64,000 bases of DNA. It comes from Octopus vulgaris. Its lineage: Eukaryota. The stretch is taken from the NCBI GenBank assembly GCA_951406725.2, contig OX597829.1, forward strand, positions 51,646,001 through 51,710,000. The letters run 5' to 3'. Under the pieces are notes generated by a model. The model was not told the origin of the DNA. It saw nothing but the letters and a program-made list of their open reading frames with translations, and made no database searches. Every line of letters starts with the position of its first letter. Within the stretch, counting starts at the first letter, position 1. Below, in pieces: positions 12,922 to 26,470 of the stretch. Made by a program: the position numbers and the translations under genes.

Positions 12922-13400
12922 CCTTTACCATTTAAACCATCCATATCCAGCTCAAATATTCTATCAGCTTTTTGTTCAAACTGGTCAGATCCTGCCTCTC
13001 ACACCTACCCTACAATATAATTCTAAAGATAAACAAGAGCACTCAGAGTGTGCAAAACTCTGCCAAGGCAACACCAACATCCTCTCAATGATTAGCCAGA
13101 GATGTTTTTTAAAATGAGAATATCTGAAATAAACTCGACTGCTCTCACAAACAAGAATACTAAAAATGAACCCGACCATTCTCAAAAATTAAGTAAAAAA
13201 AAAACTGGAAAAATAATCCAGAATCCTTGTCCGGTATCGGATCAATCACAACATCTAATCAGTTTGTGCCAGTCACGAAGCCAAACATCCCTGAAATTTT
13301 AATCTGAATTCATTCAGCAGTTCAAGTTACAAGATAATGAATGATTAATTGGAAACAATTAATTACATTTGACAGAATAATCTGAATGCTAAAGAGTTAA
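12922..13400 (+). mobile_element. piggyBac-type MITE interrupted by a Helentron/HINE-like insert (about 13032-13322)
   Basis: MITE halves flank aacaagagcactcagagtgtgcaaaactctgccaagg…atccagaatccttgtccggtatcggatc, which resembles non-autonomous Helentron-type repeats. Confidence 0.6.
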
Positions 13401-13499
13401 ATTAGTCCATTGATAGCAACGTGACCTTGTAGTTACAAAGCTGCACTGGTAACTACATGATTGTAGTTTCAATTCATGGACCTAATGGTGCATTATATT

Positions 13500-13704
13500 C
13501 TTTTACTTGTTTTAGTCATTTGACTGTGGCCATGCTGGAGCACTGCCTTTAGTCGAGCAAATCAACCCCAGGACTTATTCTTTGTAAGCCTTATTCTATA
13601 CTTATTCTATCAGTCTCTTTTGCTGAACCACTAATTTACGGGGACGTAAACACACCAGCATCGGTTGTCAAGCGATGTTGGGGGGACAAACACAGACACA
13701 CAAG

Positions 13705-13757
<53 letters not shown>

Positions 13758-13959
13758 TTTCTCTAGTCTCGAGAGTCAGTGCATGGAGTGGCTGTGTGGT
13801 AAGTAGCTTACTTACCAACCACATGGTACCGGGTTCAGTCCCACTGCATGGTACCTTGGGGAAGTGTCTTCTACTATAGCCTCGGGCCGACCAAAGCCTT
13901 GTGAGTGGATTTGGTAGACAGAAACTGAAAGAAGTCCATCGTATCTATCTATCTATTTA

Positions 13960-14019
<60 letters not shown>

Positions 14020-14555
14020 ACAAGTAAAAGATAAAAGATATACTGTGATTGATTTGTTCAACTAAAACCCTCCAAGGTGGTGCCCCACTATGGCCACAGT
14101 CCAATGACCGAAACAAGTAAAAGATAAAAGATATACTGGGATTGATTTGTTCAACTAAAACCTTTCAAGGTGGTGCCCCAGCATGGCCACAGTCCAATGA
14201 CTGAAACAAGTAAAAGATAAAAGATATACTGGGATTGATTTGTTCAACTAAAACCCTTCAAGGTGGTGCCCCAGCATGGCCACAGTCCAATTACTGAAAC
14301 TAGTAAAAGATAAAAGATATACTGGGATTGATTTGTTCAACTAAAACCCTCCAAGGTGGTGCCCCACTATGGCCACAGTCCAATGACCGAAACAACTAAA
14401 AGATAAAAGATACACACGCAGACACACACAACAGGATTCTCTGTGTTTTTCTACCAGATCTACTCACAAGGTTTTGGCTGGCCTGAGGCTATAGTAGAAG
14501 ACACTTGCCAAAGGTACCATGCAGTGGGAGTGAACCTAGAACCATGTGATTAAAA
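13500..14555. mobile_element. Minus-strand OR2-like SINE (13500-13755 and 14412-14555) with a plus-strand SINE (13780-14411) nested in its central microsatellite
   Basis: Order on the + strand: tail(-), head(+), tail array(+), head(-). Confidence 0.7.
14019..14411 (+). repeat. 93-bp tandem repeat (about 4.2 units) of the SINE 3' tail
   Basis: aacaagtaaaagataaaagatatactg starts at 14019, 14112 and 14205, with a variant at 14298. Confidence 0.95.
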
Positions 14556-14576
14556 AACTAGTGTGTGTGTGTGTAT

Positions 14577-14967
14577 GTTTTATCTTTTACTTGTTTCAAT
14601 CATTGGACTGTGGCCATGCTGGGGCACCACCTTGAAGGCTTTTAGTTGAACAAATCAATCACAGTATATCTTTTATCTTTTACTTGTTTCAGTCATTGGA
14701 CTGTGGCCATGCTGGGGCACCACCTTGAAGGGTTTTAGTTGAACAAATCAATCCCAGTATATCTTTTATCTTTTACTTGTTTCAGTCATTGGACTGTGGC
14801 CATGCTGGGGCACCACCTTGAAGGGTCTTAGTTGAACAAATCAATCCCAGTATATCTTTTATCTTTTACTTGTTTCAGTCATTGGACTGTGGCCATGCTG
14901 GGGCACCACCTTGAAGGGTCTTAGTTGAACAAATCAATCCCAGTATATCTTTTATCTTTTACTTGTC
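14577..14967 (-). repeat. Inverted 93-bp tandem array (about 4.2 units)
   Basis: Reverse complement of 14019-14411. Confidence 0.95.
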
Positions 14968-15301
14968 TGTCCCTATAAACATGATTTTTTTTTTAATAGC
15001 CAGAAAAATTATAAGTTACATTAACAATTCATCCTAAGAACTGAATATATTTTTCAAAAATCCCGACAAAGAAAAACCGAAATGGAAAGGAGAGATATAT
15101 TATCTATAATGGTTCTTCAATGATCTTGTAAATGGTAAATTTTAAGACATGTCTTTCTAAATACTTAAAAGTTTTTATGAATGTAAAACATAAACATCAC
15201 TTAGTGAAATGCTTATTTCTAGAAATGCTATTTATTAATGGATTTTCCCCCTCTTTTTCTTTTAAATGGTTGATCCTTTATTTATTTATTTATTTAATTT
15301 T

Positions 15302-15316
15302 TATTATCATTACTAC

Positions 15317-15355
<39 letters not shown>

Positions 15356-15385
15356 TACTACTATTATTACCATTATTATTACTAC

Positions 15386-15430
<45 letters not shown>

Positions 15431-15561
15431 TACCATTATTATTGTTGTTGTTGTTGTTCTTATTATTATTATCATTATTATTATTATTATTACCATTATT
15501 GTTGTTGTTGTTGTTATTATTATTATCATCATTATTATTATTACCATTATTGTTGTTGTTG

Positions 15562-15599
<38 letters not shown>

Positions 15600-15609
15600 A
15601 TTATTGTTG

Positions 15610-15691
<82 letters not shown>

Positions 15692-15699
15692 CATCATCT
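15302..15699. repeat. (ATT)n/(GTT)n compound microsatellite
   Basis: Directly visible. Confidence 0.98.
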
Positions 15700-15881
15700 T
15701 TTGATTTCTAAGTCTTAATGCATTTTCTTTCCAAAGATAAAGAATACTTTTCAAAAGACTTTTGCCTGGTTAAGTATACAGTTTGTTTTTGTTTTGTCAC
15801 TGATTTTTTTCTTTAATCTTTTCTTTTTTTTATATTATTTCTTTTTTTTAGTGAGTCTTTTTTCTCTTTTGCTTCTTTCAT

Positions 15882-15988
15882 TTCTTCTTCTTCTTCTTCT
15901 TCTTCTTCTTCTTCTTCTTCTTCTTCTTCTTCTTCTTCTTCTTCTTCTTCTTCTTCTTCTTCTTCTTCTTCCTTCTTCTTCTTCTTCT
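15882..15988. repeat. (TTC)n microsatellite
   Basis: Directly visible. Confidence 0.98.
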
Positions 15989-16861
15989 TTGTTGTTCTCA
16001 AACATAAATTAATGCTACTTAAACTAAACTGTTTTAATTAAACAGTGATTTATTAAAATCCATTAATGGGACATCGTACTGATAATAACATCTATTAGTT
16101 TCTAAGAATGGAATGCTGTTGGTTTAATTTTCTTTTCATTTTTCTTTCTTTCCTTCTTTCTTTTTCTCCACCCCCCACCTCCCCATCCATATGTAGATAC
16201 CGACATTCTTTACTGTAGAACTCTTTTTGCTTGCTACTCGGTTACATTACCGATATCAGCCATAATTTCAATGATAAAAATGTACACATTTGAAAAGTTC
16301 AGCGCAGGTTTTCATATTCCATTTTCTTTTGGCTGCAGTTCCTCACTGTTACTTGGAGATAAGAAGGAAGACAGACACCATATTTCAATTCCAAGGTGGG
16401 GGCTGGGGGTGGAAAATTATAGGGCACCACTTATTGCATGTAACAATCAAATATCGTTTTATGTACTAAAATTTTTTTTTTAATTAAAAAAAAAAAAAAA
16501 TAGAGAAACAGGAAGAAAAATAAATAAATATATGAACGAAAATAAACATGCAACATTTTAGTGATTGCTCTCGAAAAAGCAAAACTAGTTCGTCAAGTGG
16601 GAACAGTAAATGAGAGCGTAATTAAGTTTGGGTATAAAGGCGGCAAACTGACAGAATCATTACCGTTCCAGACAAAATGCTTAGCTGCATTTCTTCCAAA
16701 TCTTTGTGTTCAGTGTTCAAATTCCAACAGGGATGGTTTTACCTGCCATCCTTTTGGGGAACGACAGAAATAAGTACTATAGGGGAGAACTTATGGGAAA
16801 TGTTGTAATTGATTTTCCCCACCTCCCTCAGAACTTCTGGCCTAGGGCCAAAATTTGAAAC

Positions 16862-16895
<34 letters not shown>

Positions 16896-16934
16896 TTTAT
16901 TTTTTTAATTTTTTTTATTTTTTATCCTTTGTCT

Positions 16935-17337
16935 ATTACTTGTTTCAGATATTTGACTGTGGCCATGCTGGGGCGCTATCTTGAAGGGTTTTTAGACAAG
17001 CAAATTGATCCAGGACTTTCTTTTTAAAGCCAAGTATTTATTCCATTGGACTCTGTTTGCTGAACTCCTAAGTTACGGGGACAAACGCAAATGCAAAGAC
17101 ATACTCACACTTATGCACACATGCAAGCGCGTGCATATATGCACACACACATGCGCACGTGTGCATATGATGGGCTTCTTTCAGTTTCCATCTACTAAAT
17201 CCACTCACAAGGCTTTGATTGGCCTGAGGCTGTAGTAGATGGGCACTTGCCCAAGGTGCATAACAGTGGGACTGAACCCAGAACCATGTGGCTGGGAAAC
17301 AAACTTCTTACCACCCACCCACCCATCCACATGCCTA
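16935..17337 (-). mobile_element. OR2-like SINE (older copy)
   Basis: Family motifs are present but diverged. Confidence 0.8.
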
Positions 17338-17519
17338 TAAACAAGGAGGCAAGCTGTCAGAATAGTGGATGCATTGGACAAATGGTTTAGCAGTATTTCT
17401 TCCAATTCTTTACATTCCAAGTTCAAATGCCACCAGGGTTGGCTTTGCCTCCCTTTAAACCTGTCGACACTCTGCCAAGATTTGAAAAAACAATTAAGTT
17501 TGTGCATAAAACTATAGAC

Positions 17520-17720
17520 CAGTGGTTTTCAACCAGGTTTCCGCCAGTACAGTCCAGGGGTTCCGCAAGAAGTTACAAAACTGCTAAAATCGGCAGTAAT
17601 TTTTAATTCTCCTGTGCAGATATGTATGCATAAGACTATTAAATTATTGCACAGGGGTTCCTCGAGCCAGTGGAATGTTTCCTTGGGGTTCCGCTCCAGC
17701 ATAAAGTTTGAAAAGCACTG
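17520..17720 (-). mobile_element. hAT MITE, same family as 5085-5303
   Basis: TIRs CAGTGGTTTTCAA / TTGAAAAGCACTG. TSD ctatagac/ctatagag. Confidence 0.9.
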
Positions 17721-18119
17721 CTATAGAGATTTGAAATGGCTCCAGTTTAGGGTTGAGAAATAATAGCATTTGGAATTGCCATAGAAAAGTGCCAATGTGG
17801 AATTGCCATGAAGAGACTTTACCTTTACTTTTTTTATATTTTATTTTCTGCTTGTTTCAGTTACTGGACTATGGCCATACTGGAGCATTTCCTTAAAGGG
17901 TGTAGTCAAACAAATAAATCCAAGAACTGTTTTATTTTTGAAAGTCTGGTACTTAATCTGTCAGTGCCTTTTGCCGAAATGCTAAGTTATGGAGATGTAA
18001 ACAAACCAACACTGGTTGTCAAGTGGTGGTGGTGGGGTCAGGAAAGGATGGGGGTGCTAACAGAAGCACAAAGACATGCACACATAGATATATATATATA
18101 TACATCCTCCTCCTCCTCC

Positions 18120-18885
18120 TCATCATCATCATCATCAACACTTAATATCCATATCCCTTGCTGATTTGGGTTGGATGGTTTAACAGGATCTGATATCCCC
18201 AAGGATTGCATCAGGCCCCAATTTCTGCTTTGGTACAGTTTCTATGACTGGAAACCCTTTCTAATGACAACCACTTCACAACCTGAACTGGCTGCTTTTT
18301 TTCCATGATACCAGCACTATTGAGGTCACCACAATTGAGGTTACCAGTTTGCTGGGCTATGAGCCCTGGGGGAAGGTGGAAGCAGGGGTTAGGTTCATGC
18401 TAGGAATGTAAGGGTTTACTATGAGTTGGAAGGGAGGGGCAGAGCAGGTTTCTGCAGTGGGATCTACATGGTTACACACATCTAGCAGTGGAGAAAGGGG
18501 GTGGGCAGAGAAAGACAAAGAGAAAATGATCAGGGGTGGGGGCTGCAAGACATAGATAATGGCAATAAGGTGCCCAAACTGAGAAGAAGTGGGAGGTTTG
18601 CATGATTGTATGAGAAGGTGAATGAGGGATGGGGAGAGGAAGAGTGCCAAAATGGGTTGGGTTGATTGAAGGGTGAATGAGACAAGAACCATGAGGTAGG
18701 GGTGGATACAGGGATGCAGAAGAATTGGGGCAGGGAGCAGGAGTAACAAAGATTATACAGTGGCTAGATTGGGTGGGGAGGATAAGGGAGATATATGGTT
18801 GGAGCCAGGCGGTAAGGGGGCAGGGAGCAGGAATTATGCACGAGGTGGGGAGAGTCATAGTAATGGATGGAGAACCTAAAACTCT
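18120..18885 (-). mobile_element. RTE-type 3' UTR and tail (purine-rich on + strand)
   Basis: (CAT)n, then the tail motifs, then a G/A-rich stretch that mirrors the CT-rich segment at 39850-40560. Confidence 0.5.
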
Positions 18886-18886
18886 T

Positions 18887-18921
<35 letters not shown>

Positions 18922-19260
18922 TGCTAAGCATTTTGCCCCATGTGCTAATGATTTGACCAGCTCTGAATTTTAGCACAAGGCCAGTAAGTTCAAGGAAGGC
19001 AGTAGTTCAAACACATTGACCCCTGTATTCAGCTGGTACTTACTCTATTGATCCCCCCAGAAGATGAGAGGCTAGGTTGAACTCAGGGTATAAAAGATGG
19101 ATGAAATGCCACTAAGCAATTCACATAGTGTGCTAACAATTCTGCCAGCTCATCTCAGCTAATATTGGTTTCAAAAACCTTTGGCACAAGGCTAGTAATT
19201 TCGAGGCAGGTGGGGGGTAAGTGGATTACATTGACCCCAGTGATTAGTTAATAGTCTTAG

Positions 19261-19750
19261 TTACCTTCTCTAGTCATGCTGACTCATAAGGGCTGGTTTC
19301 CTGGTTTCATGGCATAGAAATTCCCCACCAAGATGGGACGCCAGTCTGTCACAGGATTACTCCTTTTTTTTACCAGCTGAGTGGACTGGGTTAACGTGGA
19401 ATGAAGTGTTTTGCTCAAGGACACATGTTGCTCAGTCCAGGAATTGAAACCATAATCTTACTATCTTACTACCAAACACCTTAACAACAAAAGTAAAGTT
19501 ACCTGCATGAGTCATGCCGACTCCTAAGGGCCAGTTTCCTGGTTTCCAGGTTTCCATTGTATTTAAATTCCCCACCTGAGCAGGACACTGGTCTGTTGCA
19601 GGGTTAATCCTTTTTACCAGCTGAGTGGAGTGGAGCAATGTGAAAATGAAGTGTCTTGCTCAAGAACACGTGTCACCTGGTCCAGGAATCAAAACCACAA
19701 TCTTATGATTATGAGCCCAATACCCCTAACCACTAAGTTGTGTGCCTCAT
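19261..19750 (-). mobile_element. Two adjacent copies of a V/Nin-like tRNA SINE
   Basis: Repeated gtcatgc.gactc.taagggc…accagctgagtgga…gaagtgt.ttgctcaag.acac. Related to 61945-62227. Confidence 0.7.
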
Positions 19751-20429
19751 CAAGTGTTCAACTGATGCTTATTTTATCAACCCCAAAAGGGTGAAAGCAA
19801 AGATGACTGTGGCAGAATTTGAACTCAGAACATAAAGATGGACAAAATGCCACTGAACATTTTACCTGTTGTGCTAACAATTCTACCAGCTTGTCTCAGT
19901 TAATTTTGATGGGTGTTAGTTAAGCTGTGGTTTTGTGATGTTATTAACATCTGGTGTTGTGATTTTGGCTGTGTTATTATTATTATTGGTGGTGGTGGTG
20001 GTGATTTTATTTGTGTTATTAGTGCTACATGTGATTCTTGTAATTGCAGCTGCTGTTGTTAGTTATGCTAGAGCTATTAATGTAACATGTGGGAATTGGT
20101 GGTTTCAGTTTATGGTTTTTAGTTAAGTGGGTAATATTAACTATACTGGTGGTTTGTATAACATGTAGTGTTGTTAGTTTGATAGGTGGTGGTGGTTTTT
20201 ACATTGTTGCTCTTAGGTATGCACATGTTGCTAATTTTAACATGTGGTGTTAATGTAGCAGGATGTATTGACAGCTTTGGCTGATGTCATTTACTTTGGC
20301 TGATGTCATTTATTTATTTATCTTTTACTTGTTCCAATCATTCGATTGCAACCATGTTGGGGTGCCACCTTTTGAAGATTTTTAATCGATCAAATTAACC
20401 CCAATCCATTTTTTTATAACCATGCATGC

Positions 20430-20556
20430 ATACCTACCTACCTACCTACCTACCTACCCTACCTACCTACCTACCTACCTACCTACCTACCTACCTGCCT
20501 ACCTATCTATCTATCTATCTGTCTGTCTGTCTGTCTGCCTGCCTGTCTATCTATCA

Positions 20557-20607
<51 letters not shown>

Positions 20608-20608
20608 A

Positions 20609-20666
<58 letters not shown>
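20430..20666. repeat. (CCTA)n/(TCTA)n microsatellite
   Basis: Directly visible. Confidence 0.97.
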
Positions 20667-21101
20667 TCTGCATAGCAATTAATTGCTAATGATTAAAGTA
20701 GATATTTATATTCATTACATTTCCCTTTATTGCATTTGAAATTATTTTTAAAAAATACACTGTCAATTAACTAATTAATCCACATTGTCAGCACATGCAT
20801 TCTCGTACATATCACACAGACTAATTTAGCACCTTGTTTGAGATTGTATATATTAAAAATAACTAAAAGCCAAAAAAGAAGTCAGTCCTTTTTATCTGTT
20901 CATCTAACGGCTGGTTGGCTGGTTCACTGGCTAGCAGTTAATTTGCATAATTATATAACTATCTATTAGTCTATATGCTTGACTAATGAGCTCTCTAATG
21001 GCGCTACTCTAGATAAATTCAGAAAAGATCTTACAGATATCTTTAGAGAATTTTGTATGAAAATTAAAATCAACACTGTTATAAAAATATTCATTTCTTT
21101 A

Positions 21102-21197
21102 TTGCCAAGATCAGACTGGGCCTGGTGCAGCCTTCTAGCTTCCCAGACCCCAGTTGAACCGTCCAACCCATGCCAGCATGGAAAGCGGATGCTAAAC

Positions 21198-21238
<41 letters not shown>
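21102..21238 (+). mobile_element. 5'-truncated RTE-type tail with (ATG)n
   Basis: gatcagactgggcctggtgcagcc…ccaacccatgccagcatggaaagcggatgctaaacgatgatg. Confidence 0.8.
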
Positions 21239-21464
21239 CCACTCTGAACCAGTCATAAGCAAACTGTGCCCAATGAGATTTTCTGATTGGTACACCTAAT
21301 AATAAGAAAATTACCTTCAACTTTTAATTGGTGTGGCCCACCTGATGATGAGCCATGTCTCATACAGCCTACTTCTCAAAAAAGGTTAACCATTTGTGCT
21401 CTAAACCAAAATACAGGCAAATAGCTTTTAAACAGAGAATCCAATTTCATATTTACACACACAC

Positions 21465-21559
<95 letters not shown>

Positions 21560-22431
21560 CAAGCAGACCATCAGATACTGTTATACACCACTGGTTACAA
21601 TGCGCTTCCAATTCTGACTTGATTGCACCATTCTTTTACATCTTGACCCAAATTGCTTGACTAAATTGTCTTCCCATCATCATGGAGGCCTTCCAATTAG
21701 TCTTCTTTGGTGGTGGTAGTAGGTACAAACACACACACACACACACACACCATATACAATGGATTTCTTTTAGTTGTCTACCAAATCCATCCACAAGGCT
21801 TTGGTCAGCCTGAAGCTATAGTAGAAGACATTTGCCCAAGGTGCCATGCAGTGGGACTGAACCTAGAACCATCTGGTTTGGAAACAAGCTTATTACCACA
21901 CAGTCACACCTGTACCTATGATATATGATAAACTTTCAAATAACTCTTCTCTTATGCTTAAAAAGAAAACCCTAGTCAGTGATGTAAACAAAATTTCCAG
22001 CATCTATTCTAATGCAGAGTTTCTTTGGCCATACCACTTGTTAATAGAAGAGAAGGGCTTTGAACACAAAATACATGTAAAAACTTAATAATAGACAAAT
22101 GAAAAAATATAAATAACAAAGGGAAATTCATTGGTTCAACCTACTATAGGTTTAAAAACCCCAGTCAGTAACTGTAGTGAATGGATTCCCAATATCTTTT
22201 CCATTAAAGTGTTTTTCAACCACACTTCTTTAACAGAGAGTATCTTTAACACAAGCTACTATAACAGAGAGCAACTTCAAGACATGATACAATAAATGCA
22301 ATATATCAATAATCAATACAAATATAAACAGGTAATGGAAAATATTCTGGTTTAATCCCCTACCAAGTTTAAATGCTATTTCTGATGTATCAATGTGAAT
22401 TTGGTCAATGTATGTATGTATGCATGCATGC

Positions 22432-22464
<33 letters not shown>

Positions 22465-22544
22465 TGTATGTATGTATGTATGTATGTATGGAGAGATGGA
22501 TGGATGGATAGACATGAAAGAAATGAAACAAATATACTCTGATG

Positions 22545-22840
22545 GGTGTGTAATGTCAGTGTTCATGTGCAACAAAGCAAAGAAAAATTGGGCATAAGAG
22601 GCATCAGATATGGTGTGCAGGAGAAAAGATTTCACTGATACAGTCACGTGATGTGGATGAATGAAGACAGCTGTATGAAGAAGTGTTGATTGCTAAACGT
22701 GGAAGGAACATGTAGAAGAGACAGACCTAGGAAGATGTGGGAGGAAGTGGTAGAGATTGACCTCAAGCTGTTGAGCCTTTCTTTCATAGGAGATGATGGA
22801 GGACTGAGATGAATGGCATTATGCTGTGCTTGAGAAGACA
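22545..22840 (+). mobile_element. Decayed RTE LINE C-terminal fragment
   Basis: Remnants of LGIRGIR…VMWMNEDSCMKKC…VEGTCRRDRPRKMWEEVVEIDL. Confidence 0.75.
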
Positions 22841-22989
22841 GAATTTCAGCAGAATTGAGGCTTTGTCTACAGCTGGATGCCCTTTCTAACACCATCCACT
22901 TCACAGAGTGTAGTTGGGTGCTTTTAATGTGGCATTAGAACTAGTGAGGTCACCAGATAAGACCCCTTAACTGAGCAAGGTATAGACTT

Positions 22990-23390
22990 GTATGTATGAA
23001 TGTATGTATGTATGTATGTACATATGTATGTATGTATGTATGTATGTACATATGTATGTATGTATGTATGTATGTGTGTATGTATGTACATATGTATGTA
23101 TGTATGTATGTGTGTATGTATGTATGTATGTGTGTATGTATGTATGTATGTATGTATGTATGTATGTATGTATGTATGTATGTATGTATGTATGTATGTG
23201 TGTATGTATGTATGTATGTATGTATGTATGTGTGTATGTATGTACATATGTATGTATGTATGTATGTATGTATGTGTGTATGTATGTATGTATGTATGTA
23301 TGTATGTACGTAGGTACGTATGTATGTATGTATGTGTGTATGTATGTATGTATGTATGTATGTATGTGTGTATGTATGTATGTATGTACG
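22990..23390. repeat. (TATG)n microsatellite
   Basis: Directly visible. Confidence 0.98.
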
Positions 23391-23454
23391 CACGTAAATA
23401 TGGAGAGATGGATGGATGGATAGATATGAAAGAAATGAACCAAATATACTCTCA

Positions 23455-24016
23455 TTTTCTGACACCCATCCTCCCATCCATCTTCTATGTTACCCTATTT
23501 GCTTCCATCACTCCCACCCCCTACACTGAACTGATATCATCTGCATCCAGCTCATTCCCTCTCTCATAATCATTCATCACATTAATTCCACTCAGTACAC
23601 TCACCTACACATCCACCTTCCCCCCTCTTCTATCCTGTTTTGTCCCATATTCTGGTCCTTGCATCTCTTTCCCTCTTTCTCTCTCTCTCCTTCTCCAGGT
23701 GGGCAAGCCATGTATTCACCTCTTTAGCAAGACACCTGCTCCTCTCTCTCTCTGTCATAGTTTCTAATTCCTCCAATTTATACTTTGCTCAGTTAAGGGG
23801 TTTTATCTGATGACCTCACTGGTTCAAATGCCACATTAAAAGCACCCACTACACTCTGTGAAGTGGCTAGTGTTAGAAAGGGTATCCAGCTGTAGAAACC
23901 ATGCCAAATCAGATACAGAACTTGGTGGTGTCCTCTGGCTAATCTATTCTTGTCAAACCATCCAACCAATGCCAGCATGGAAAAAGGGATGCTAAATATA
24001 AATGATGATGATGATG
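23455..24016 (+). mobile_element. RTE-type CT-rich 3' UTR plus (ATG)n tail
   Basis: Contains caagacacctg and the aagcacccactacactctg…ccagcatggaaa tail, as at 40440-40757. Confidence 0.55.
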
Positions 24017-24019
24017 TGT

Positions 24020-24086
<67 letters not shown>

Positions 24087-24125
24087 AAAAAAGGTTTGAA
24101 AATGCAATTTAAACGATGTCTATTT

Positions 24126-24166
24126 ACTTAACCGGTTTCACTCTTTGGTAAAAGATTGTCAAAAGT
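24126..24166 (-). ncRNA. Degenerate minimal hammerhead ribozyme motif
   Basis: Minus strand: ACTT-TTGACAA-TCTTT tacc AAAGA-gt-GAAA-CCGG-TT-AAGT. Stems are intact but the core has two substitutions versus CUGANGA. Confidence 0.45.
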
Positions 24167-24189
24167 TACATTTAAGGAAACATTGAATA

Positions 24190-24410
24190 ATATGGGTTCA
24201 AAAAAGTTTTTTACATAATTGTCACATTGAATATTATGCATTCAAAAAAGTTTTTTACATAATTGTCACATTGGATATTATGGGTTCAAAAAAAGTTTTT
24301 TACATAATTGTCACATTGAATATTATGCATTCAAAAAAGTTTTTTACATAATTGTCACATTGGATATTATGAATTCAAAAATGTTTTTTTATACATAATT
24401 GTCACATTAT
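24190..24410. repeat. About 44-bp minisatellite, five units
   Basis: ttcaaaaaagttttttacataattgtcacattg.atattatg repeated with alternating variants. Confidence 0.95.
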
Positions 24411-25030
24411 TTGGGAAAATTTGGCAGAAAAGGATAAAACAAATATATTATTGGGAATTGGTTGCGTTAATAATTGGTTGTCGCAAATTGTCACATTACA
24501 TGTATATATATACAATCTTTGGTATATATATATACAGCGTTTTGACAGCAAAAATTAAAATGGATTTTTTGTACATCTCAGAATATTTTAAGTATGTTTT
24601 TACTGACCTGTCAGTATTAGCAGAAAGTAGTAGTACTACTACTACTAATATATATATAATAGATATTCTTGTAGATTTCAACAAACTGACTAATCCAAGT
24701 TAATTAATCAATGTCACTTTCTATTAATTAGCAATTGAGCTACCTACCTATTTAGCATTTGAGGCATCAAATATTCCACAGAGACTTGTATCTTCCATGT
24801 AAACTTTAAGCAGAGTCAGTATAACTGTGGCCTGTGTAATATGGCCAGGTCTTCAAACCAAAGACACGGACCATCTATGGGTTCTCACGCAGTTTTTGCT
24901 GATTCAATTTTGCTCACTAAACTTAGGTTGGCACCAAGGTTTTAGTAGAAGACACTTGCCCAAGATGCTGCACTGAGGAACAATAAATAGAGACAACAAA
25001 TGGTAAAAAGTAACGACCGGGCTTAATTAA

Positions 25031-25248
25031 CCCTTTAGTGTTCACGTCATTCTGCTAAAATTAAGGCTTTTTTATCCATGTTGTTTTGAACTAATAATGC
25101 ATTATCTTGTAGCTAGATTTTGATGAGGTAGCTGTTAATTTTTAAAACGATATTGTAGGGTTGGTGTAAGAGACCAGATACGGCCAGTTTGAACATAAAA
25201 CAAGCAGAATACTTTTGGCCGGATATGGCTGGTTTAAATGCTAAAGGG
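25031..25248 (-). mobile_element. piggyBac-type MITE, intact ends
   Basis: TTAA|CCCTTTAGTGTT…AATGCTAAAGGG|TTAA. Reverse copy of 3393-3612. Confidence 0.9.
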
Positions 25249-25647
25249 TTAAATAGACAGTTTGGTTGATATGGATTGACTTAAAGCCCCTCAAAGGTGA
25301 TGTTCCAGCATGGCCACAGCCCAACGATATAAATAAATTGAAGTAAAAACAATGAAAGAATATTGTGTTTAATAGAGAGATGCAGTTATTAAAATGAGAG
25401 AACTGAAGTGGACCATTCACTGGTTTGTCCTATTGTTGAGAGGTTAGCAGGAAACTTGCAAGTACAGGATATGCATTATTGAAACCAGAGCAGAAAGAAG
25501 TCATCACATCCATGGAACAAAAACAAAAAAAGAACAAAAAAACAAACAACAAATACAAACAACAAAGAACAAAAATGAAACAAAAACAAAAACCCACAAA
25601 AAAAGAAAGAAAAAGAAAACAAATGTATTTAGTTTTCACCCACCCTA

Positions 25648-25779
25648 TTACCACCACCACCACCACCACCACCACAACCACTACTATTACTACTACTACC
25701 ACCAACACCACCACCACCACCACCATCACCAACACCACCGTTTCCACTATTACTACTACTACTACTACCACTACTAGTC

Positions 25780-25824
<45 letters not shown>

Positions 25825-25896
25825 ACACCACCACCACCACCACCATCACCAACACCACCGTTTCCACTATTACTACTACTACTACCACTACTAGTC

Positions 25897-25990
<94 letters not shown>

Positions 25991-26470
25991 AGCCACCACA
26001 AACATCACATAGCTACCACATCCACCAACACTACTACCAACATAAACCATTTCACCACTGCCACTACCACCTACTACCACTGTACCACTCTGTTACGAGC
26101 AATGCTGATGCTACTACCACCACCACCACCACCACCACCACCACCACACCACAACCGCCACCACAACCACCAGCACCACCACAACCGCCACCACCACAGC
26201 CACCACTACCACCAAAACCACCGCAACCACACTGCAACCACCACCACCACCACCACCACCACTACCACCACCACACAACTGTCACCATCACCACAAGCAC
26301 AATTGCTAACACAGCTACTTCCACCACCACATACATCTCCACCACCATTATCTTGCCTACGAAAGCCACTAATACCACCACCACCGGCACCATCGCCACC
26401 ACCACCGCCGCCACCGCCACCACCACTTCTCTCACTTTCACCACTCCTGCCTCTACCACCACCATCACCA
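25648..26470. repeat. (CCA)n/(CTA)n compound microsatellite and low-complexity tract
   Basis: Directly visible. Includes a 120-bp internal duplication (gtttccactat at 25740 and 25860). Confidence 0.95.
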
